The notes under the pieces are model-generated. The model was not told the DNA's origin and searched no databases. It saw only the letters and a list, made by a program, of their open reading frames with translations. Positions 24,467-32,000 of a DNA stretch of 32,000 nucleotides are shown piece after piece. This DNA is from Ignicoccus islandicus DSM 13165 (GTDB taxonomy: Archaea; Thermoproteota; Thermoprotei_A; Sulfolobales; Ignicoccaceae), in contig NZ_CP006867.1 in the NCBI RefSeq assembly GCF_001481685.1, forward strand, positions 480,001 through 512,000. The letters are read 5' to 3'. Numbering within the stretch: position 1 is the stretch's first letter; every line of letters starts with the position of its first letter. Position numbers and translations under genes: made by a program.

Positions 24467-25342
24467 TCACCTATCCCTAATCACGTATTCAACTGCTTCG
24501 CTCAGCTCCTCTATTTCTCTCTTATTAACTTTAAGGAATCCGCCCAAATTCTTAACCGCAAGGGCACCGGCAGCTGTGGCTACCTTCCCAGCTTCTATTA
24601 GGTCGCCCCTTTGAAGGTACGTTGCTAGAAAAGCAGCGGCATATGCATCACCGGCTCCAGTAGTATCAACGACCTCCTCTACTTTCAAGGCCTTGAATTC
24701 AATGACCCTTTCGTTTGTAACTACTATAGAGCCCTTTTCGCCTCTGGTAACTACTAACGCTACGCGCGGAAGGGGTAGGGAAAACGCATCTAAATGAACT
24801 GCTTCAGGCTCGTTTAGGAACAAGAAGTGTAACTCGGGTACTACACCTTCTATTTCTTTCTTCTTATGAAAGGTGAAGGACCCAGGGGAGTAACTTACTG
24901 GAACCTTCTTTAGATACTTTACGACGAACGATGGTTCCTTAGTAGCGACGTGAAGGAGTTGTGAGTTAACGTGTGCAGGGAGATCGGAAGGGGTTAGTAA
25001 GTGAGATACTCCTTTCAGAGAATACATTACTTTACCTTTTGGAGTAGACGCAATGAAAACGATTGATTGTTCGCCTTCCTTCCTTACCGCTTCGAGCTTT
25101 ACGCCAACCTTGAAGAGCTCGTTTTCAATAATTTTCGAGAAAACGCCGTTACCAATAGCTGCATATAGCCTTACATTGCAACCTAACCCAGTAGCCACGA
25201 CTGAAACGTTAGAACCGGAACCTCCGGGAAGCAAAAGCCATTCTTTACATTCCCTTCCTTCATCGAGCGAAGGCAAGTCGTCCAACAATGCTATTAAGTC
25301 CACGTTGGCATTGCCAATTACTGAAAGATCACAGCTTACCAT
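24467..25342 (-). CDS. PfkB-family sugar/nucleoside kinase (ribokinase fold)
   Basis: [18 protein letters not shown], and [13 protein letters not shown] followed by [11 protein letters not shown]. The start ATG overlaps the ahcY stop (ATGGTAA). Confidence 0.8.
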   Translation of the reverse strand: MVSCDLSVIGNANVDLIALLDDLPSLDEGRECKEWLLLPGGSGSNVSVVATGLGCNVRLYAAIGNGVFSKIIENELFKVGVKLEAVRKEGEQSIVFIASTPKGKVMYSLKGVSHLLTPSDLPAHVNSQLLHVATKEPSFVVKYLKKVPVSYSPGSFTFHKKKEIEGVVPELHFLFLNEPEAVHLDAFSLPLPRVALVVTRGEKGSIVVTNERVIEFKALKVEEVVDTTGAGDAYAAAFLATYLQRGDLIEAGKVATAAGALAVKNLGGFLKVNKREIEELSEAVEYVIRDR

Positions 25343-26580
25343 GATTCCAAGTACCTCTTTTGTTCTTCAGTAAGGGTATCTATTTTGATACCCATGGCAT
25401 TAAGCTTCCTTCTAGCTACTTCGCTATCTATTTCATGTGGTACCTTGTATACCTTAGGCTCTAGTTTGCCTTTGTTTTCAATTAAGTACTTGACTGAGAG
25501 AAATTGGTTGGCAAAGCTCATGTCCATTACTTCACTCGGATGGCCCTCTGCCGCTACTAGATTTACTAGTCTACCTTCTGCTAATAGATATATCTTCCTT
25601 CCGTCAGGCAGTTTATATTCGTCTACGTATGGTCTTATTCTTCTTTTGGAGACAGCAAGGGCTTCTAAAGACTTAACGTCTATCTCAACGTTGAAGTGCC
25701 CAGCGTTAGCCAAAATGGCACCGTTTTTCATCTTTAGGAAATGCTCCTTTCTGATCACGTTTATGTTACCCGTTGCTGTCACGAATATGTCCCCTACCTT
25801 AGCAGCATCATCCATGGGCATTACATCAAAACCATCGTGGACCGCTTCCAATGCCCTTAGCGGATCTACCTCTGTTACTATAACTCTGGCTCCCATTCCT
25901 CTCATTCTCATAGCTATACCTCTGCCGCACCATCCGTAGCCAGCTACTACGACCTTTTTTCCTGCTATTAATACGTTGGTCGCACGAAGTATTCCATCGA
26001 TCGTACTCTGTCCCGTTCCATATCTATTATCAAACATAAACTTGGTAAGAGCGTCATTGACTGCTATAACTGGATACTTCAGTACGCCATCTTTTTCCAT
26101 TGCTTTAAGCCTAATTACTCCCGTCGTCGTCTCCTCAGTGCCTCCGATTATCTTCTCGGCCAACTGAGGGTACTCTTTATGGATAGTTACGTGGAGGTCC
26201 CCGCCATCATCTATTACTATATCTGGGTTTCCGTCTTCTATTATCTTCCTAATAGCCCAGAAATATTCCTCTTCCGTCTCGCCCTTCCAAGCGTAGACTT
26301 CGATCCCGTCTTTCGCTAGCGCAGCTGCGACGTCGTCTTGAGTACTTAGCGGATTGCTTCCAGCTAGTAAGACCCTAGCACCACACTCTTTCAATGCCTT
26401 AACTAATACTGCCGTCTCTTTAGTAACGTGTAGAACTGCTGAGATAGTTATGCCCTCAAACGGTTTCTCTTTTTTACAATTGTTCATAAGAGACGCGACT
26501 ACAGGCATGTGATTGAGAGCCCACTCTATCTTCAAGTTGCCTTGTTGGGCTAAGTTTATGTCCTTAACCTTATACTTAAT
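25336..26580 (-). CDS. ahcY: Adenosylhomocysteinase (SAH hydrolase)
   Basis: [35 protein letters not shown] (NAD site) and GHFNVEID are present. The track ORF starts at TTG 26535, but the conserved [13 protein letters not shown] block is encoded in-frame upstream. I extend the gene to ATT 26580 (see findings). Confidence 0.88.
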   Translation of the reverse strand: MKYKVKDINLAQQGNLKIEWALNHMPVVASLMNNCKKEKPFEGITISAVLHVTKETAVLVKALKECGARVLLAGSNPLSTQDDVAAALAKDGIEVYAWKGETEEEYFWAIRKIIEDGNPDIVIDDGGDLHVTIHKEYPQLAEKIIGGTEETTTGVIRLKAMEKDGVLKYPVIAVNDALTKFMFDNRYGTGQSTIDGILRATNVLIAGKKVVVAGYGWCGRGIAMRMRGMGARVIVTEVDPLRALEAVHDGFDVMPMDDAAKVGDIFVTATGNINVIRKEHFLKMKNGAILANAGHFNVEIDVKSLEALAVSKRRIRPYVDEYKLPDGRKIYLLAEGRLVNLVAAEGHPSEVMDMSFANQFLSVKYLIENKGKLEPKVYKVPHEIDSEVARRKLNAMGIKIDTLTEEQKRYLESW

Positions 26581-26586
26581 CCCTCT

Positions 26587-26591
26587 TCACC
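26587..26591 (-). promoter_or_regulatory. GGTGA Shine-Dalgarno-like motif 6 nt upstream of the proposed ATT start of ahcY
   Basis: The minus strand reads GGTGAAGAGGGATTAAGTATAAG. Confidence 0.4.
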
Positions 26592-26649
26592 GAAAAGAAG
26601 GCGTTATATGAAATAAAAAGGTATGATGTGTCTAGGAATTCAATATTTG

Positions 26650-26814
26650 TTACGTCGATTCCTTTGGTGGAGCTTCACCAACCTTGGCCCTGAAGTAGTG
26701 ACCATTTGGACACCTAAAGAGGCCAATAATTACGCCCTTGCGACCCTTCGGAGCTAGTTGCCAAGTCTTAATTGGTTCGTTAACTTCAGCTCCACACTTA
26801 GGACACTTTGGCAT
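26650..26814 (-). CDS. Small zinc-ribbon protein (54 aa)
   Basis: [11 protein letters not shown]...FRCPNGHYF has a CxxC...CxxxH arrangement. ATG 26814 is preceded by GGAGGTG at about 8 nt. The track ORF start at 26877 is probably too long. Confidence 0.6.
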   Translation of the reverse strand: MPKCPKCGAEVNEPIKTWQLAPKGRKGVIIGLFRCPNGHYFRAKVGEAPPKEST

Positions 26815-26863
26815 GTTCTCACACCTCCCCTCGATTTGTTCCGAGTACTCTAGGGTGATGTTC

Positions 26864-26877
26864 TTGCTTATAAGCAA
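26864..26877. promoter_or_regulatory. Perfect 14-bp palindrome TTGCTTATAAGCAA centred on a TTATAA (TATA-like) element upstream of the zinc-ribbon gene
   Basis: I read it directly. It lies about 50 nt upstream of ATG 26814 on the minus strand. Confidence 0.35.
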
Positions 26878-27133
26878 AGGTTTTGAAAAAGGTAACGTTC
26901 AGTGTGGAATAATGTTGTATATCTGACAACATCATGCGTTAAAATTAGAAATTCTAAAGTATTACTACCAAAACATGTAATCGATAGAAATAGTGATTTA
27001 CTACAATAATACCTACTTGAGATACATGACATTGAATTGGAACGAAATTAATAGTATACTTATAAATAATAACATGAGCATGCAATGTAGGACATGGATA
27101 CTAGCGATTTGAGAGCCTCCGAGGGAGAGAGAT

Positions 27134-28573
27134 ATGGTTAAATACATCATTAAGGCGCATGTAGAGGTTGAAGGGCCCGTTAACGAACATGATATAATAG
27201 GTGCAATATTTGGTCAAACAGAAGGTCTCTTAGGAGAACAATTCGACTTAAGGGAATTACAAGATAAGAACAGAATTGGAAGGATTATAGTTAAACTAGG
27301 CCCTCGCCAAGGCAACAAAGTTAGTGGCGAAATTCTAATCCCTTCGAATTTGGACAGAGTCGAAACGGCCCTCCTAGCCGCATTAATAGAAAGCGTTGAG
27401 AAAGTTGGCCCGTATCCTGCGAGGATAAGAGTTATAGATATAATAGACGTGAGAGCGCAAAAGATAAAGAGCATAATTGAGAGAGCAAAGGAGATTCTGA
27501 GAAAGTGGGAGAAAGAGAAGACTATGGACGTTAGGGAAATACTGAAGGAAATTACCGAAAGCGTGAGGACTGCTGATATAATAGAATACGGACCGGAGAA
27601 ACTCCCGGCCGGTCCCGATGTAGATAAATCCGATACTGTAATAATAGTTGAAGGTAGAGCAGACGTTCTTAACCTCCTAAGGTACGGTTACACTAACGCA
27701 ATAGCATTAGGCGGTGCGACCACTAAAATACCAGAGACTATAAAGAGGCTAGCTAAGGACAAGGTTGCCATCGCTTTCGTTGATGGAGATAGGGGCGGAA
27801 CGATGATACTTAAGGAGCTACTAAGAGAAGCAGACATCGATTACGTGGCACGCGCACCGCCTGGAAAAGAAGTTGAGGACTTAACTGGGAGGGAAATCGC
27901 TAGAGCTCTCGCTAACTTGATGAAAGCAAGCGAGGTAAAGGCAGAATTAGAGAAAATGGAGCAGCTACAACAATCCGAAATGAAAGAGCTGAAAGAGGTA
28001 CTAGAGAAAGTATCCGAAATAAAGAAGGAAGAGGAAAGCAAATCAACGAAGCCCGAAGAGAAGGAGAAGGTTACCACTCAGACGCAAATCGTCCAAGAAG
28101 TAAAAGAGGTTCCTCAAACCCAGAGCGCAATTGAAGTCCAAGTTCAACAGCCGCAAGTAGAGAAGGAGAAACTTGTGGAAGAGAAGGAATCTAAAGTCAC
28201 AGTCCCCACTGAGAAAGGATTAAGTGAAACTCAGATCCAACTACCAGCGGAGAAGGAAGAAAAGGAGGTGGTTGAGTACAAAATGGTGATACCAGAAGAA
28301 GTCTTCAATAAGCTCAATGAGTTAACTGGTAGACTCGAAGCGATCATTTACGATAGCAACTGGAACGTTGTGAAGAAGGTTCCTACCAGAGACCTCGTCG
28401 AGAACCTAAAGGAGGTAGATGACGTCAGAGCGGTAGTAATGGACGGAGTCGTTACGCAGAGACTCTTAGACGTGCTTGGAACTAAGAATCCGGGTACTGC
28501 AAAACTGGTATTAGCTAAGAGGATGGCTAGAATTACCCATAGACCGAAGGGCGTATTCATAATATTACTCTAA
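27134..28573 (+). CDS. dnaG: Archaeal DnaG (TOPRIM primase-like, exosome-associated) with a long low-complexity insertion
   Basis: The N-terminus is IIGAIFGQTEGLLG. The TOPRIM domain is IIVEGRADVLNLL...FVDGDRGG. The C-terminus is VVMDGVVTQRLLD. Residues about 265-381 are E/K/Q/V-rich. Confidence 0.88.
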   Translation: MVKYIIKAHVEVEGPVNEHDIIGAIFGQTEGLLGEQFDLRELQDKNRIGRIIVKLGPRQGNKVSGEILIPSNLDRVETALLAALIESVEKVGPYPARIRVIDIIDVRAQKIKSIIERAKEILRKWEKEKTMDVREILKEITESVRTADIIEYGPEKLPAGPDVDKSDTVIIVEGRADVLNLLRYGYTNAIALGGATTKIPETIKRLAKDKVAIAFVDGDRGGTMILKELLREADIDYVARAPPGKEVEDLTGREIARALANLMKASEVKAELEKMEQLQQSEMKELKEVLEKVSEIKKEEESKSTKPEEKEKVTTQTQIVQEVKEVPQTQSAIEVQVQQPQVEKEKLVEEKESKVTVPTEKGLSETQIQLPAEKEEKEVVEYKMVIPEEVFNKLNELTGRLEAIIYDSNWNVVKKVPTRDLVENLKEVDDVRAVVMDGVVTQRLLDVLGTKNPGTAKLVLAKRMARITHRPKGVFIILL

Positions 28574-30963
28574 GCGCGTTTGTCTTTACTCTCGTTCTCA
28601 CTTTCCTTTCTGAAGAACGCCATGAGACCATATGCCCTCCCCTTCAACATATCTTCTGTAACGCCGAAGTATCCTAATATCCTCATAGCTGCTGGTATTA
28701 TCTGATGATCTATATAGTAGCTGGTGTCTATTTCTTCAACTGAACTGAGGAACCACGGCTTCGCTCTCTTTGAGAGCTTGCCTGCGCCTTTAACTATGAC
28801 GTATCCAATTTTGTCCCCTTTCCTTACTTCGTATCCCCTTTCGACGGCGTATTTCGCAGCACTAACGTGTGGTGCTTCGACTTTATATTCATCTAACCTT
28901 TTCTCCAGAGTCTTCCAAATGACCAATTTCTCTATAGGTATCTGACCTTTCTTTAACTTGCTTATTACGTCTCTAACGTATTCAATCGCCTTCTTCGTAT
29001 CACCTTCTTTCAAAACTAATTCAATTACCTTTTCCTGAACTTCCTTCGCTATTTCCGCCCAATCTCCCCTAACGGCCTCGAATCCTACTATATCGATCCT
29101 ACCATCTTGAGTAATTCCCGCATATCTCTTCTTAGCCTCTGTGAAAAAGAGCTTCTTATATATCTTATCTATCTTAACCTCGAAGCCGAGCTTTTCCTCT
29201 ATTACCTTAATCAGTTTCTCCACTTTTTCTTTATCATAGATTACGAACAAGCTGTCGGTGTCGCCATATATTACCTTTAAGCCGAGTTTTCGCGCTAACT
29301 CTATCGACTCAGTGATCAATTTCCTACCCCAGGACGTTACCGCCTCTGCGCATTCCCTGCAATACCATCTGGCGTGGGGCCACCCCATGTAACCGTAGTG
29401 AGCGTTAGCTAGTACTTTAACTGCCTTCTGTCTATCATCTAATATTTTATACTGGGGCGACGATGGATCGAGTTCCTTTAGTTTGTTCTTTATTTCCTTC
29501 CTCAGCTCGAGTAGTTGGACTAGTGAGATCTTGAAGAACGCGTCGGGTCGCTTCCTAAATTTATGACCGGAAGGAGCGACATAGACGTCGTTTGGATCGT
29601 ACTTCTCTCCGGGCCTAACGAGGGTATCGGGGCCTACGTTGTACTTTATCATTATATTTGGGTACATCGATGAAAAGTCTAGAACAGCAACGTTTTCGTG
29701 AACGCCCCTAATGGGCTTTAATACTATAGCTCCCTTGTAGCTTTGGACCTTCCTTTCTACTCTGTTGGGCACTAGCTCGTTGACGGAATATGCTATTCTC
29801 ATAAGGTACCATTCAACTTTAAACCCAACTGGGGCCGCGCCAACTTGATCGAGCGGGAGGCCCGTTAAGTATGAAAGCTGTTCGCCGAATGGAACGAAAA
29901 TTTCAGCTAAGAGATATGTGGACAACGCATCGGCCTCGTTGTACTTTCTTAAAGTTTCGCGTAGCGATGGATCTTCCCAGTATTTATAGATCTCGTGACC
30001 AGGTATTATAACGCGATCTTCTTTTTTCATTACTCCTAGATAATCGGCGACGTTCTCTAATGTCTTTACCTTTATTTCGTACACGTCTTTTGCGAAATCG
30101 TATATATCCACGTTGAGTCTGCCTGGTATAGAGTAATGGCCGTATGCTCCACTGGTTGGTAATACACCTACCTTTCTACCTACATCCAGTTTGATGCCAA
30201 TCCTCTTAGATCTCTCAATAAGGTAAGGCCAATCGAAGTTATTACAATTGTAACCGTAGACCAAATCGGGATCTAGTTCCAAAACAGTTTCTTTAAACCA
30301 CTTAATTACTTCCAAATCGCTCTTAGTTTCAGCAACCTTACTCATTACTTTATCTCTAGTAGCTATTGCTACAGATATAATAGGGTCTGATTCGGGTCTA
30401 GGTGTCCCACTTTTGTTATACACCTCAATATCGAAAGATAACGCTCGGAGTTCAGGTCTCTCATCGCTATGAACCTCTCGTAAGTCTTCCAATACCTCAT
30501 ATACGTTATCGACCCTATATACAGGGGACTTGCCCAACTCCTTTACTTTAACGTCGTACCATGCATGCGGCTTTAGACCCTTATCTATTATGTATCTCAT
30601 CGAAAACCTTATGTCTGCTTCAAGTACGTCTTCCACACCATCTATTGTTCTAACCAATTCCCTATACTCTCTTACGTACTCCGGAATAACGGTAGTGACC
30701 TTTAGCGCTGATCGCGGACGACCGAAGTATTTCTTCTTAACTTCCTCAACTGATATTATCGGTGACTTAGGCTTGCTTAGTTTCATGATTTCGTTTTTCA
30801 CGCTTACTGAATCTACGCCCTCACGGAGAAGTACATAGAAATACGGTCGGAAACGCGGATCTTTTAAAAGCACCCTTTCGTTTCCTTCGTTGACACCCCA
30901 AAGAAGTATTACTGGTTTCGACATCTCTGTTTCATAGCTTACGTCTAACAAGTAGAAACGCAT
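28570..30963 (-). CDS. polB: Family B DNA polymerase (PolB3/euryarchaeal-PolB-like N-terminus), all catalytic motifs intact
   Basis: Exo I is SFDIEV, Exo II is NNFDWPYL and Exo III is YNEADALSTY. Pol A is LDFSSMYPNI, Pol B is KVLANAHYGYMG and Pol C is YGDTDS. The likely start is ATG 30963 (MRFYLLDVSYE); the track ORF reaches 31008. Confidence 0.9.
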   Translation of the reverse strand: MRFYLLDVSYETEMSKPVILLWGVNEGNERVLLKDPRFRPYFYVLLREGVDSVSVKNEIMKLSKPKSPIISVEEVKKKYFGRPRSALKVTTVIPEYVREYRELVRTIDGVEDVLEADIRFSMRYIIDKGLKPHAWYDVKVKELGKSPVYRVDNVYEVLEDLREVHSDERPELRALSFDIEVYNKSGTPRPESDPIISVAIATRDKVMSKVAETKSDLEVIKWFKETVLELDPDLVYGYNCNNFDWPYLIERSKRIGIKLDVGRKVGVLPTSGAYGHYSIPGRLNVDIYDFAKDVYEIKVKTLENVADYLGVMKKEDRVIIPGHEIYKYWEDPSLRETLRKYNEADALSTYLLAEIFVPFGEQLSYLTGLPLDQVGAAPVGFKVEWYLMRIAYSVNELVPNRVERKVQSYKGAIVLKPIRGVHENVAVLDFSSMYPNIMIKYNVGPDTLVRPGEKYDPNDVYVAPSGHKFRKRPDAFFKISLVQLLELRKEIKNKLKELDPSSPQYKILDDRQKAVKVLANAHYGYMGWPHARWYCRECAEAVTSWGRKLITESIELARKLGLKVIYGDTDSLFVIYDKEKVEKLIKVIEEKLGFEVKIDKIYKKLFFTEAKKRYAGITQDGRIDIVGFEAVRGDWAEIAKEVQEKVIELVLKEGDTKKAIEYVRDVISKLKKGQIPIEKLVIWKTLEKRLDEYKVEAPHVSAAKYAVERGYEVRKGDKIGYVIVKGAGKLSKRAKPWFLSSVEEIDTSYYIDHQIIPAAMRILGYFGVTEDMLKGRAYGLMAFFRKESENESKDKRA

Positions 30964-31030
30964 TGTTTCTTCTTTCATAAACTGGTACCACTTGTACGAT
31001 AGGAACATATGTCATTAAGTTTGCCTTCGC

Positions 31031-31390
31031 TTACGAAGGAGGATATGGAGGCCATGAGTTAATTGAAGGTATTGCTATTTGGTTAGGTAACGCTACGCTG
31101 ACGCTTATTGGCATGTTAGGTAGCGAAATGGGTGGCGGTGATGGGAGGTTTTGTGGGACTATACCCATTTGGGAAGTTACGTTAAGGTATTCCTTAAGTA
31201 GATATAAGTATTGTAGGTATAACTGCGCGTAAAGCAAAGTGGCGTTATTGTACTGCTGGGCTATTTGAATTGCTATTTCCTTATACGATTGCACCATCGA
31301 GGAATATACGAAATAGTAGGCAACCAACGTAGCTAGTAGTACTCCAAGCACCAACCCAGCGTACGCTATAAGCGCATACATGTCAGCCAA
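31031..31390 (-). CDS. Hypothetical membrane-anchored protein with a Pro-rich C-terminus
   Basis: The N-terminal TM helix is YALIAYAGLVLGVLLATLVAYYFV. A Q/Y/L-rich helix follows, then PSPPPISLPNMP...WPPYPPS. I recognise no family. Confidence 0.4.
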   Translation of the reverse strand: MADMYALIAYAGLVLGVLLATLVAYYFVYSSMVQSYKEIAIQIAQQYNNATLLYAQLYLQYLYLLKEYLNVTSQMGIVPQNLPSPPPISLPNMPISVSVALPNQIAIPSINSWPPYPPS

Positions 31391-31507
31391 GTTCGACGCA
31401 CCGGGACTTACGGTATAATAATAAATTATATTTTTCTTCAGCAGTACGACCTATTCATGTGCACGGCTGATAAAAGCGAACCTTTAGAACGTCGTTAGAG
31501 TCAATCA

Positions 31508-32000
31508 ATGGCGGGCATTAGAGCTTTGGCGTCCATGAGGTTAATAAGGTTAGGTATCCCGGTTTTCGACGTCAGAGTAGGTAACGTTACGTTAGGAAGC
31601 TTACAAGTACTTTCGGGCGATCCGGATTCCAATGTTCACATGTTTCTATACATAATAGCTAAGTCTTGGAGCGAAAGAGGAGAAAGAATAGCATTCATAA
31701 TAGATAAGGGTAACTCGGAATACCATAGACAAATAGCGGAGGCCATGGGGATAGCAGTAAGGTCGTTAGAAGAGGGTAACATGTGGCATTACGAGGAAGC
31801 AGAATCTTCTAACGACGCCATTGCTAAGGTAGTTGACTTGATGACGGCGTATCCTCTCATATTAGTAGATTCTACCTCATGGTTCGACGCAGATCCCGAG
31901 TTACTTACTCGAACGCTAAACATGGTAGCTGCGAGTAACGCAATAGTAGTTATTGCTGTAATAGATAAGCGTGGGAACCCGGAATCCATATCCATCCTGG
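31508..32000 (+). CDS. RecA-superfamily (KaiC/RadA-paralogue-like) protein with a degenerate Walker A; partial, runs off the right edge
   Basis: It is open from ATG 31508 to the window end and is absent from the track because it has no stop. My translation is MAGIRALASMRLIRLGIPVFDVRVGNVTLGSLQVLSGDPDSNVHMFLYIIAKSWSERGERIAFII...PLILVDSTSWF. The layout is KaiC-like, with GDPDSNVH where GxxGxGK[ST] is expected. Confidence 0.4.
   Translation, partial: MAGIRALASMRLIRLGIPVFDVRVGNVTLGSLQVLSGDPDSNVHMFLYIIAKSWSERGERIAFIIDKGNSEYHRQIAEAMGIAVRSLEEGNMWHYEEAESSNDAIAKVVDLMTAYPLILVDSTSWFDADPELLTRTLNMVAASNAIVVIAVIDKRGNPESISIL

Noticed and set aside
25385-26167. Plus-strand ORFs 25385-25939 and 25976-26167
   Set aside because: They are antisense to the strongly supported ahcY coding sequence and carry no motifs.
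26895-26940. Candidate C/D-box sRNA on the minus strand (ATGATGT ... CTGA)
   Set aside because: The C box is imperfect, there are no C'/D' boxes, the spacing is about 30 nt and there is no terminal stem. This is not enough to call a C/D sRNA.
31789-31995. 68-aa minus-strand ORF at the right edge
   Set aside because: It is antisense to the longer open plus-strand frame (31508 to the window end), which has a RecA-fold-like layout.
1-32000. CRISPR arrays, IS elements, rRNA operon
   Set aside because: I saw no regularly spaced direct repeats of 24-40 nt, no terminal inverted repeats with a transposase, and no 16S/23S-like sequence anywhere in the window.

Overview
The window looks like a gene-dense chromosomal segment of a hyperthermophilic crenarchaeon (Thermoprotei-type). 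The evidence is a stand-alone Sulfolobus-like 5S rRNA, aTrm56, TFE-alpha, archaeal DnaG, family-B DNA polymerase, GPN-loop GTPase, type-2 IPP isomerase, frequent GTG/TTG starts, GGTGA-type Shine-Dalgarno motifs and many 4-nt gene overlaps. I cannot name the species from sequence alone.

I support about 36 protein genes, one 5S rRNA and two intron-less tRNAs with encoded CCA, Leu-UAG and Arg-GCG. Most content is housekeeping:
- Cofactor and lipid metabolism: moaC, fni.
- Hydrogenase maturation: hypD and hypE, separated by about 5 kb.
- Transport: an Fe/B12-type ABC binding protein and permease, and a DUF485 gene with an ActP-like symporter.
- Other metabolism: thrB, an M24 prolidase, and ahcY coupled to a PfkB kinase.
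- A-ATPase subunits H-like and C.
- Replication: dnaG and polB.

I found no CRISPR array, integrase, transposase or recognisable defence operon. The less ordinary items are:
1. A diverged orphan C5-cytosine methyltransferase with motif IV PPCEPYT, embedded in a trm56-tfe operon.
2. Two adjacent pilin-like genes with class-III signal peptides and no assembly genes nearby.
3. A left-edge surface protein with thrombospondin-type-3-like Ca-binding repeats.
4. An ahcY gene whose conserved N-terminus lies upstream of any canonical start codon; ATT preceded by GGTGA is the likely initiator.
5. A 250-bp AT-rich spacer beside dnaG/polB that remains unexplained.
6. A DnaG carrying an E/K/Q-rich insertion of roughly 100 aa.

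All functional calls come from reading the translated ORFs against remembered family motifs. No database search was run.
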